Shown: positions 39,155 to 50,528 of the stretch, in pieces
Layout: each line of letters begins with the position of its first letter
Position numbering within the stretch: the first letter of the stretch is position 1
DNA from: Gracilinanus agilis
Taxonomy: Eukaryota
Reading direction: 5' to 3'
NCBI RefSeq assembly: GCF_016433145.1
Contig: NC_058130.1
Span: 792,095,358-792,159,357, forward strand
Length of the DNA: 64,000 nt
Program-made: the position numbers and the translations under genes
The notes under the pieces: model-generated
Told to the model about the DNA's origin: nothing
Databases searched by the model: none
The model's input: only the letters and a program-made list of their open reading frames with translations

Positions 39155-40296
39155 TTCTAGACCCTACACTCTATCCACTACAAAACCTAGTAAGGCATCA
39201 TAGTCAGAGCAATATTAGAAATGAGTGAATGCTTGAAGGAGAGATTATGTTTGGTTGCCTTTATATGTGTGGTGAGGTATGACATAAACTTATGTGTGGA
39301 AATGGATTATAATTTGATATGAGACAGGGCCCTCTAATATTTCTATACATAATTTTTGTCTCCACCAAACAGCTGTTTATACTGGATACCCTGAGGAAGG
39401 AAATTCACAAGGAAAATCCCCTTCCTATGCCACTAATTATTGAAACAATTATAAACTGTGAAATCTAGTCTTAGATGTCATTTGAATAGAGAACAATAGA
39501 GAAGTCTGCCAGTGCTCAAATATAGCCACAGAGTCACTGTGGCTTTCTAGTGACAGGTAAGCTACTAGAGTAATGTGGTACAGGAAGGTGGCCCATGGTT
39601 CATAATCAAAATCAGTTTCAAGTCAAGTCAAAGAGAAAAAGAAATTTCCAATTTAAGTATAAAGGACTATGACTTTCTATCAGAGCCAGATTTCCAGATT
39701 AGACACTTAATATCAGTCCATTTATTCCTTGATACATTTTTGAAAAGACAATCTGATCCTGGGAGCATTAGGATGGTCTGGCCATCTCTTTAGATGGCCG
39801 TCATCATTTAGAGCTTATGGCCATGAGTCATCCTAATGAAGAGAGACATTCTAGTCCCTGAATCCCAGTAATGGAAAGCCAAATACATAGCAGGTGAGTC
39901 TGAAGAGATGAAGTATGAAATGTGATAGCAGAGAAAATTCTAGTGATGATAGACACAGTGGAGATGCCCAGGAGTGCCAGAACAGACAATGGCTGACTAT
40001 CATCAGAAAACTGCATATGTCTGTGTCCTAGGCAGCCATTTGCTATTCCATGGCCTAAATCCTTCTCTACCAAGGATGAAAGTCTTCTGTTAACTCTACT
40101 GAACTCTGATGTGTCCTTCCAAGTAGAAAAAAATGGGAAAGGCTGTCTGATCTGATTCCATTTAGTAGGACAGCATAAAATGGAGTCCTACATAGTTCAA
40201 ATTGAACAACTCCTCCACAAAATTTCACCAGTACTCTATGAAGTACCAAGGGACATATCCACATGCTTCCCTCAAACTTTCTGTCAAAAGCACTGG
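39155..40296 (+). other. Distal intron-5 homolog of V2R paralog C (matches 18391-19150)
   Basis: Colinear similarity (aatttgatatgaga.agg; ggaaattcacaa.gaaaat.ccc.ttcctatgcca; ctctatgaagtaccaag; aaa.cactg) with an approximately 380-bp insert at about 39770-40150. Stops about 20 nt before the expected exon-6 acceptor. Confidence 0.8.
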
Positions 40297-40870
40297 GGAC
40301 ACTAATATACTACTGGGGGAACTCTGAAATGATCCAACCATTTTGGAGAACTATAACTATAGTGTTATATGTGTATATATGCCTTTTGATCCAATAATAC
40401 CACTATTAAGTAAATTTCCTATGATAATCATGGAAAATGTAAAGGATTCTTTATTTTCTAAAATATTTATTTGAGTTATCTTTGTGATATGAACTTGCTG
40501 GAAATGCAAGGGATGTTCATCAATAGGGTAAAACCTAAACAAATTTGTTATATGATTATGATGCAATACTACTGTACCATAAGAAATGATGAACAAATCA
40601 TTTAAAGGAAATGGAGAGAGCTAAAAGGAGTTATGATGAATGAAATGAGTGGAACCAAGAGGACATTATATATAGCATCAGAAATACTGTTTGAAGGACT
40701 TGTGTATGTCCACCTCCAAAGGAAAAACTGATATATAGAAATAAAGGAACCATGATTTTACATGTAAATATATATTTTTATCAAAAAATGCTTTCCCTAA
40801 TGGAGCATAGAGAAGGGAAAGAGGAAGTTACCTAGGCATTTTTGTGCAATAATAGAGTAGTAAATATTTT
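40297..40870 (+). mobile_element. 5'-truncated old L1 (end of ORF2 plus 3' UTR)
   Basis: ggacactaatatactactggggga...gatccaacc...ccttttgatccaataataccactatt matches 61981-62110 of the intact L1. Confidence 0.75.
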
Positions 40871-41309
40871 TTAAATCACCTGATGCTCAACTCCCATCAG
40901 CTCAAAAGGGAATTTTCCTCAATAATAAATGTTGGGGGAATCTTGATGGTTATGTGGATGAAGAGTTAGAACGAGAGATGTAGGGTTCTGTGTTTAAATA
41001 TTGACTGAGACCCTTCCTGGTTGTGTGACCTAGCACAGGACACAACCACAACTACCTAGCATTTTCTACTAGTATGCTTTGGGACTGATACTTAATATCA
41101 ATTCTATGAACATAAAGGTTTAAAAATAGCAAACTTGCATTTTTTTACAGAAAAGTAGTCAAGATAAAATGAAAAGCCATAGATAGTATAAGGAGAACTG
41201 GATTTGAATCTTACTTTTTAAAAATCCTATTTGTTTGACTTCCTGGAAGACATTTAGGTTAGATTTTTGCTTCCTCCACTATAAAAAGAGGGTAATGGAC
41301 AAGATTGTC

Positions 41310-43290
41310 TTTATTTTATTTTATTTTAACCTGCAAAATTTTGTTTTATTCAGAATCAGCACAAGTGCATAACAAAGTCATCTGGCATTTCTCTTATTCT
41401 AAAAATCATCAACACAATACAAATACTGGCAATTCTGTTATTCTAGAAAATAAAACTTCCTGGCACCTAGACATAGAGTTGGTATCTAATACCCGACTCT
41501 ACTCCCAAGAGATCAACTCCATGAAGTTTTTAGTTTAGTCTATTTAACTCTTACCAAATTGAGGAAGATATTACAGTTTTGTTGACCTTATAGATGGGTT
41601 AAACTCATTTTCCTACCACCTTATAGGCAGTTATTATAAAATACAAGTACCTAATGTCCCTAGTTTGGATCTCTTGGTGACTCAGGAGCAATTTTTATGA
41701 AAGTAAAGTGGGATAACAATGTAATAGCCAGAAAAGGAGTCGGAAACTCCTTACTCAAATTTTAGGCATGGGGAGAAAGGGATAAAAAAAGAGGGAAAGA
41801 AGAAAAATGTAAAGTCAAGATTTAAATGGTCCCCAGTTATTTTACCTAGTCAAGGGGGAGAGATCTTGGATCACAGTGAATGGTATTCCTTGTTGCCCTC
41901 ATTAGCACAGGCTCCAGAGCTGTCTTTTAAGCACAGTCTGGAGTTCAGTTATTTTAGATCACCAGTATTAAAAATCTGACTAATTAACCTAACAGCTATC
42001 ATTTTGATTACTTCAACCCATTTGATTACTTTCAGTTCCTTGAAACATATATATCCCCTTTAATGAAGGGGAAACCTGAGTCACCAAAGAGGCTTTTGGT
42101 TTATCTCCATTATCCATGCTCTTCATCCAGTAGGGCCAGTGTGAACCTCCTTAGGCCCCAGAAAGACTGAACCAAGTAGTGTGGTTATACTCTTCACCTG
42201 GCTGGAGCAGTACACTAGGAAAATGTGGCTTATTGACTGCATCTGGCCAGTTCTGGGTCTCAAGGTCAAAGCCTGAGTGTTTGGGGTACACAGCACCCCC
42301 TTTCTCTTCAGTGTTCCATTCAGAAAATTGGCCGTGTAAATCTGAACCCCGGGTTGAGTTGTATATACTTCTAGTGTCCATCCAGTCGGAGGATGACAGA
42401 CCCTTGCACAAAAACACTTCTCTTGTGAGTCCTTCAGACAGAAGTTATGGTCAAAACCACTGATCTGGAATTTCTCAAAGTGCTTTCCAAGTACCAGGGA
42501 CTTTCTCAGGTCAAATGCAGTCCCCTGCACAGATTCCACTTTTCCAGTTGGGATCAGAGTATCATCCACAGGCAAATAAGCTTCAGCATCTATACAGATT
42601 TCATGATCATATATATTTGGAGAACCCTGGCCTGCCAGGTTGAAGAAGGAGTGGTTGGTCATGTTGACAGTTGTAGTGCTGCTGGTCTGGGCTTTGTAAT
42701 TCACTGTTAACTGCACCCCCATCAAGTGTGTACTTGACCCAAACTTTCAACTCGCAGGGTAGCCTTCCTCATCATCTGGACTGATCCTGGAGAATTGAAT
42801 GCCTTTTGTTAACACCTGAGGGGTCCAAAGGACCTTTTCAAATCCTTTAAGTCCTCCATGTAGACTATTAGGTTCTTTGTTAATGGCCAACTTGTATCCC
42901 TTCCCAACTATAGTGAATGTCCCTTTGGCAATCCCAGTTAGCCACTCGTCCAACTACTGCTCCAAAGTACAGATGCTTTTTGAAATACCCTTTGAGCTGG
43001 GAAAATCCCAACACCACATCCGAGAATTTCCCATCCCTGTCTTTCACCTCCAAAGCAGTGATGATGCAGCGTAGGGAGATAATCTCCACCCTCAGCAGGT
43101 CTGACTGCAGCTGGAAGTTCTCTACAATCCCTGTTCCATCTGGCAGGTTTCCAAACACACTCCTGATCACCGAAGCCATGGGCAGAGGGGGCGGAAAACA
43201 AGCTCCCAGCCCAAAACAACAAGCTGCATATTGGGTGCCCTGGACACCTAGGAGCAGAAATTTCGCACTGGGAGGGCAGGGGAAGGTTCC
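41310..43290 (-). pseudogene. GALM: Processed pseudogene of galactose mutarotase (aldose 1-epimerase); CDS 43179-42151
   Basis: Intronless MASVIRSVFG...DVVLGF...YFGAVVGRVAN / IAKG...NSLHGG...EEGYP / [10 protein letters not shown]...GFDHNFCL...[14 protein letters not shown] / [10 protein letters not shown]...HTTWF; three frameshifts (about 42935, 42755, 42300). Minus-strand AATAAA (41346-41351) plus (AAAAT)n tail at 41310-41328. Confidence 0.95.
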
Positions 43291-43439
43291 TTTATAAAAG
43301 AGAGGTTAAACTCCTCCTCGCTCCCTCCCTTTCTCCCTCTCTCCCTCCCAGATTGGATGGCCAGCCTAGGATCACTTTAGATCTGTCCAGCTCCTGGATT
43401 TAGGGTTACTTTGCAGGAAAACCTAGATTACCTTTAAGG

Positions 43440-44620
43440 TGTATGTGTATTGAGGAACCATTTACTTCAATTGGAAAAGATATTGTTGAGAAATAGCATG
43501 ATCCAGATCTTCCAAATTATAAAGGTAATGGACACAGTGGAACTGGGCTTAATTACCTTGGTGGCTATACCAAGGTGGCTATAATTATACATTGAGGGTT
43601 GAAGTAAGTGACTGAATAAATAACTAATTAAAGTGGGAGAAGTGGGGTGCCAAAACTGTTAGTGGTAAAATGGTTTTGGTGTGTCAGTTAAATGAGTAAA
43701 CTGAATAAAGGGAACTGGAATGGGTAAATGAATAAATACAAGTAATAACACTTAGCTTGGAGTGGCTGGATTCAGCGAAAACTAAATAACAACCAGGGAA
43801 AACACCTTGAATATACAGTGGGTTCAACGTGTCAACCTAGGTGTCTGGATGAGGACATACAAGGCAGGATTGTGATAACTGAACTGTTTAATGATTAAGT
43901 GGGATGGGGAGTGAAGGGAATTTGTTAAACTGCCTCTAAGATCTATAAATGTCCACCCCTGGATATAGGGATGGATTAAACTACTTTAGTGGCTAAAATC
44001 TATCAGCAGACTGCTAATAGCAAGGTCTTGCTGGGAACAGCCATGGTTGTAGATATGAATGCAAAAACTTTTTTTAGCTGTAGCTTCAGCCAATGGTATG
44101 TGTCCACCAGGTGTATAAGTTGTAACAAATAATGTGGAATAGTTTCTATCCACAGCCCATAGACTATGCTCCAAAAAGAATATAGCATTAAGGAGCTACT
44201 GATCAATATAAAGAGAGTTTTGTCAATTGCCCATTCCATAGTTAGGCTTTGATGACTGCCTTTAAGTATATCTATTAAATTTCTTCTCAAGAGAAATATG
44301 TCCCTTGAGAGTTGCTATATTGAGCCCTCCCCAATATGGCTGCCACCTATCTTTCTCACAAGGATTCTTATTAAATTTACTCTTTCTTCTAGTTCTTCAC
44401 ACCTGGCTGGCCACTTGTAAGAAGAGGGGTGATTAGGAAGTTTGAGGGGTACTTGGTAACCCACTAGAAAGATGTACAATGTCCTTTCCTCCCTCTCAGC
44501 CACCCCTCCTTCACGGGAGACAAAAATAGGGATTATTGAGAAAATGGGGTCACTGCAATATTGTGCCAGGGTTGATGAGTAAAAGGGAAGTTATCTGCTC
44601 AAGAGATATTGAATGTAACA
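43440..44620 (+). mobile_element. Putative 5' LTR of ERV-A (right copy)
   Basis: Directly upstream of the gag leader; tataaat 43944-43950, attaaa 44274-44279, ends ...tgtaaca; a TGG-starting PBS candidate at 44633. Start position uncertain. Confidence 0.4.
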
Positions 44621-47600
44621 CTGCTAGGATGTTGGTGCCAGTCAGGGTACCCAGAAACCTCCCCCTATTTCCTAGCTATAGGTCAGGCTGAAATGGAGGT
44701 CAGTCTGCCTCCCACCAATAGGATACACACAGATCTGAGTAGAGAACTAAAGGATTTTAATTTAAAAATTGATAACAAAGAAATGGAAATGGGGTTCACA
44801 TGAAAAAGGGTGTAGGGTAATTTCCTAATCTCCCCCAGTCCTTGACTGTGCCAGGTATCCACAGAGATTCCGACTCTGAGAATCTCATTTTTGTGTTCCT
44901 CAAAAGCAGCTTCATTGTCCTATGGCCAAGATTTTATGTCTATACTATGAATGATATTACATTCATAGGGGATATTGTAGGGCAAAGCCCAAAACAAATG
45001 GGGTCCAGGGACCAGTTCCCCAACAGAAGTCCAGGCAACCCTGCCCATCTCAATTGAAACTGTTGTTGGATTTCAATGAACTTCAGGAACCACCATAAAT
45101 CCAGAGTAACTGCAAGTCTCCTTAGTAAGTCTGAGGAAAAACCTCCAGGGCTCACTTCAGAGTGTCACACAGCAAAAATACACCCCCAACCTTGGCATCC
45201 CTCCAAAGCTGTTCCTTCTAGCTCTTCTGACACAGAACCCTCTGCTCCTCACCAATAGTCACTGGTGCTGCCTCCTCAGAGTTCCAACTGCAAAGTTCCA
45301 GAATGCCCTGGCCTGCATTACATCTTTACACCAGCCCCAAGGAAACTTTGTCTTCCTGCCGTTCCAATTCCTACCCATACTGCCTCAGTTAGCACGAAAA
45401 CAACTCCAAAGAAACCAAAACCACAGACTGATTCTGTGTCCTATGATGGCCTTTTCCTCTTAAGGGAAGTGTCCACAATAGAACATGATGGGGATGTGGT
45501 AACATTAAAACAACATATGTCTTTCACACCCCAAGATATGAAGGAATTAAAACAAGATACTCCTACTTATGAAGAAGAACCAATAGCAGTAATAAAAAAG
45601 ATGGCTGATTTTTTTTCATTATGACTCTTCTTATAAAGATGTTGAAAAATTGCTCCAGGCCTTCCTAACAGAATGTGAGAGGAATAAGATCATCTCTCAT
45701 GTTAACAAACTCCGAGGGCACAAGGTAGCACACTGGCCATCTCAGGATCCTAAATGGGAATATAACTCTGAAGAATATGTACAATTAAATTGTGCTAGGG
45801 ATGCCATTCTTAAAGCAATGCAAGAATGCTCCAGGAGGCTGAATTTGGATGCCTTACATAATCAGATGATGAGACATCCTCCCAATTCATAGATAGTCTC
45901 ATTGAGCTAGGAGGTAGATACCTGGACCTTGACATTCCTACTGAAAAGGATATTAGGCAAATAGGGTCACAATTTGTCAACAAGTGTTGTAGAGTGGTCC
46001 AGGATTACTTTAAAATGTATTGCTCAAGGTGGCCTGAGATGGATCTTGAAGAGTTGAGGAGTACTGCTGTTTTTTTCTCTAAAGGCCATAAAGGAAATGA
46101 GGAAGAGACTAATGATTTTCTGGGCAAGATTCAGAAGGAACTAATATCTTAAATGATAGAATGGATAAACAAGAAAAAGGGCATGATACTCAACCAATAG
46201 CACTTACCCTTCTCCAAGAATGTAACTATCAATTCTTTACCAGCCATGTCTGTGAGAAGAAGGGCCACATAATCGTGAACTGTAGGAATTTGTTTCAGGC
46301 AATCAGAAATAATACCCAATTGAATAATAACTACAGAAATAATTGTACAAATAATAATTATAATAATGATTTCAGGAATCACAAGTTTAGGACTGATAAA
46401 AATTCTAGGAATATAAATCAGAAAAATGATAACTCAAACCAAATGACCCCACAACAGTCTATCTTAAGTTGCTCTTACCCTCGAACTACTCAGGGTTCTA
46501 ATGTCCCTTGGGGGGAGCCCAAGGAACTACCCACAGATTATTAAGGTGTGATTGGTGGGGGGGAGTAAGGGCCTTGGAATGAAAAAGTGAAACCTTTAAT
46601 TTTTCTAGACCCTGATATTTTAATGCCAATTATCCTTATACATCACCCCACATCACAATGAACCTCATGTAACCCTAAAAGTGGGAAATTCATACTATAA
46701 TTGCCTTTTGGATACAGGCTCATAAAGACCAATCCTAGTGAGTAAACCAGATGAAAGCTGTAATTATATTGGCTCTCTAAATGTAGTAGGTTTATCAGGA
46801 ACACCTCAAAAGTTTCTAAAACATTCTCCCTGCATGGCATGCATGGGACCCCTAACTATAGAGCATTCTTTTCTTCTAATGCCTGGATTCCCTATAAATT
46901 TGCTGGGGAGAGATCTTTTATGAAGCTTAGAGCCATAATAACTTGCTCTCCAGATGGCTTTTTGTCATTAGAAATACCTGAGGAATCTTTAAATTTCCTC
47001 CCTGTACTTCTCTCAGAAAGCCAGGAGGTGAAGTAGCCTCCCACCTTGGGAATACCTGCTAATATGCCTCAGTCTTTTTGGGCCACATCTTCTTCTGATG
47101 TAGACCTACTTAAATAATCTGTTCCTGTTCAGATTAAGACAAAACGTGGTTCAGCTCTCTCCATTCCTCAGTGTCCTGTATCAAAAGAAGTAATTGAGGG
47201 AATCACTCCTCATATTACTCAGTGAGTAATAAATTCATTCATTGAGCAAAGAATAATAATTCCATGCAAATCAGAATACTATCCACCTATTTTACCTGTT
47301 AGAAGTCAAAAATAGGCCCAGATCGAAAAGTCCAATATCAATTTTTCCAAGATTTGAGGAGTACATAATCATGTCATAAAAATGCATTCTGTGGTTTTAA
47401 AACCAAACACAACAATTTCCTCTATTCCAAGTAAATCCACCTACTTTAAAGTAGTAGACTTTTGCTCAGCCTTTTTTTGATACCTATTCAAGAGGATTCC
47501 AGAAATATATTTGCCTTTACTTGGAAAAGTTTACACTGGACTTGGGATCATCTGCCTCACAGTTATGTGGAAAGTCATACCCTCTTTGCACAAATTTTGA

Positions 47601-48260
47601 GCCATGACACATAATACTACATTTTAAAACAGAAAATTAATTAAATATGTTGATTATTTGCTCTTGGCCTCAGCAAATGCCACAGCATATCAAGAAGATA
47701 CTAAATATCTTCTTTTAGAATTACGTAAAGGAGGCAACAAGATCTCAAAGGAAAAGTTTCAGTGGTGTCTACCCAAAGTGGAATATTTAGGGTGCATTTT
47801 AACTGCTGGTGCCTTTTCCATTTCCCCCAAGTGCATTGAAAGTATTCAAAAATTGAGGAGTTGAGAAGTAAAGCTGTTTTTGCCTCTAAAGTCCATAAAG
47901 AAAAAGAAAAAAGAAAAACCACTCCTACCATTAAGAAACCGTTAAGAATAATTTTAGGAGCAACAGGGTTAGGTAAACAGTGAATCCCTTGCTATGGGAA
48001 ATTACTAAGCCCCTAATAGGACTAACAAAAAGTACCTGAACCACTTAAATTAGAGCCAGAACACCTGTCAGCTATATCAAATCTAAAATAGGCGATCCTC
48101 TGCTACTGCTCTAGGCATCCCAGATTCAACAAGCTCTTTACTTTGTGTGTACACAAGTAGAGACAGGTAGCTTTAGGTGTTTTAACTTAAACTTTGGGCA
48201 ATGGGACTATAAAATTATGTATGATGCAACCGCAAGTTTAAAAGGAGTTGGGAATTGTCA
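44621..48260 (+). mobile_element. Class I ERV internal region gag-pro-RT, defective (ERV-A, right copy)
   Basis: Capsid p30-like ORFs 45265-45892; SHVCEKKGHIIVNC knuckle 46242-46283; protease LLDTGS (about 46705-46722) and NLLGRDLL; RT KYVDYLLLA (about 47643-47670). Truncated after the RT connection region. Confidence 0.9.
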
Positions 48261-50402
48261 AGGAAACATGATGTTATGATGTGTATTTATGGGCAACAGA
48301 GCTTTTGTGTTATTGTTGAACTCTTTGTCTATTCCTTGTGTATTTTTCTTGTTTCCCTCTTTCCACTTATTTCCTTTTCCCCTTGTTTCTACATGATCTT
48401 GCTTTGGTTATCCTTTAAGCATTCAGAGTTCTCTTTAAGTGGAGGCATTCCTGAAGTAACAGAACCTTGTAAGTTTGTAAATTTTTGAATCACGGTTTTT
48501 CTCAGAGATTATTTAGGCTTAAAGTCTTTTACTGTTGGGTTTAAGTTTTGTTTTGCAGTTTCTTTTCTGTCATTGCCTATCTGTGTGAAACTGCTCAGAA
48601 CACCCATTTTAGCTTATCTCTTGTACTGTTGCATTTGGATTTGTCATAAGTTGATCTTTTTGTTTATGTTCTATTATATGCTATGATTTTATATGTTTGG
48701 AACATTCTTGTTCATTATATTTCATTTAAAGTCTGGTGTAAATGCATGTGTATTTTTCTCCTTTCTCTGTGAATCACTGTCTTTCATCGCATAACTTCTA
48801 TTTTTGATTTCTATTACATCCATGATCATTTGATTTTCTTCTTCTATTTGATTGCTAGGGCAGAAGGCATTGACCAGAGCTCTGTTCTGAGCCCTTTTAT
48901 TTTCTACCTCCATACTGTTTCACTTGTTGATGTCATCACTTCCATGGATTTAATGATCATCTTTATGCTGATGATTCTCAGATGTACTTATTCAGACCAT
49001 GACTTTCTCTTGGAATCTGCTCTCTTGCATCCCCTACTACTTTTTGGATAATAAGCTACTTGGACATTAGGACTATCTTTCTTTTTTGTATTTGTATTCT
49101 TAACAGTTGCCGTGGTTCCTGTCACAAAGTAGGTGCTTACTAAATGTTTGTTGACTGATGGAATGGGGACACCTTAGACCTAAAATATCTAAAACCCAAT
49201 TCTATTATTCCCCCACCAATAAACTTCCCTGCCTCCTAACTTCCCTGTCACCAACTCTCACAACTTACACATCATCTTCTAAATCATCTGTCATGTACCT
49301 CCCCTATAACCAACCCATTTCCAAGCTTTGAAAGGAGCTCTTCCTTGAGCTTCGCTGGCTTTCTAGGAAGGAACTCTAGTGGGTGATGGCAGCTATGCCC
49401 ACAGAGAGGGCTCTGGGTGCCATTTTGGGCACATGTGCCATGGGCTGGCCATCTCTGATCTAGGGCATTGAGAAGCTGGAACACACTTTGAGGTATGAAT
49501 TAGATGAGGTGATTTCTGAAAAATCTTCAAAGATGTGCTGCTTCTTGATGACAGTCACTCAGGTCACAATACTGTGGAGGGGACAATGAACACTTGAGGT
49601 CTATGCAGGAACCTCATTTCTGCCTCTATACCTGGACTGAATTTGATGAGCTGGAGTGCCCTTTGACCTCTCATATTCCATTACAAGTTGTGATGGGGCT
49701 GTTGTGATGGGAAGGAAAGGGAGCCTGTAAATCATTCATGGCCAGGGCAGGACCCTGAAAGGGTGCCCCTTGGCTCCAGGTATATTGTTCTTGGATGGCA
49801 TTGTCCAAAGTTAACATATGGGGCAGACAGGTGAGACAGGTGGTATCTTGGACAATAGCATTGGCCTCAGAGTCAGGAAAACCTCAGACACATCAGCTCT
49901 GTGACTCAGTTTCCTCAACCATAAAATGGGGACAACAAAGTGTCTGCTTTTCATGGTTGTTGTGAGGACCATACGAGATAATACCTCCAGTGTTTTGTAA
50001 GCCTTAAAGTGCATAAATATTACCATTGTTAGAGGTGTGTATATATCAATAGTAGAAATTTTGTAAGCTGTAGGCTTAGGTGCCATCATTGAGAATTTGT
50101 GATCTCACTGGCTCCTGCCTGCAGTCCAAAGTCATCTCAGAGAAAATCCTGCCTGATGTAATAGCCTATATCAGCCCCAAAGCCATGCAGCCCCTTGCTG
50201 ACACATGGACCCGCATGGATCACCAGCTGAGAAGGAGGAAGCATAACAAACAGGGAAAATAAGCATCTTCAGAAACTCAAAGCAACTTTGGTCCCATGAG
50301 CTCAACCAGGAATAGGGAAAGAGACTCCAAAACATAATTTTCTACTTCTATCTTGGTCCTCCCCTTGGACTCAAGGATGGAGCTAGAGATGCCGCAGGCA
50401 GA

Positions 50403-50403
50403 N
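50403..50403. other. Single N replacing about 470 bp that is present in the paralog
   Basis: The left flank (gagatgccgcaggcaga) maps to about 9891-9907 and the right flank (agcctctccagag) to about 9411-9423, both on the minus strand. Confidence 0.85.
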
Positions 50404-50528
50404 AGCCTCTCCAGAGATGGAGACATTGTTATTGGTAGCTTTCTCCCCTTGCATTCAGAAGAAGTGAGCAACGCCCAGGAAGCAGAAGTGTTTCAAAGTC
50501 ATCCTGACAGGAATTGTAGGAATTACAA
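50404..50528 (+). CDS. V2R paralog D, exon 1 (3' half; ATG lost in the N join)
   Basis: SLSRDGDIVIGSFLPLHSEEVSNAQEAEVFQSHPDRNCRNYK, donor aa|gtaagt. Confidence 0.85.

Noticed and set aside
44633-44650. Assigning a specific tRNA to the ERV-A PBS candidate tggtgccagtcagggtac
   Set aside because: Starts with TGG but I cannot match it confidently to any tRNA 3' end, and it sits 12 nt from the presumed LTR end.
41310-48260. Retroviral capture (transduction) of GALM by the adjacent ERV
   Set aside because: GALM lies outside the putative 5' LTR, is in the opposite orientation and has its own poly(A) tail, which fits ordinary L1-mediated retroposition.
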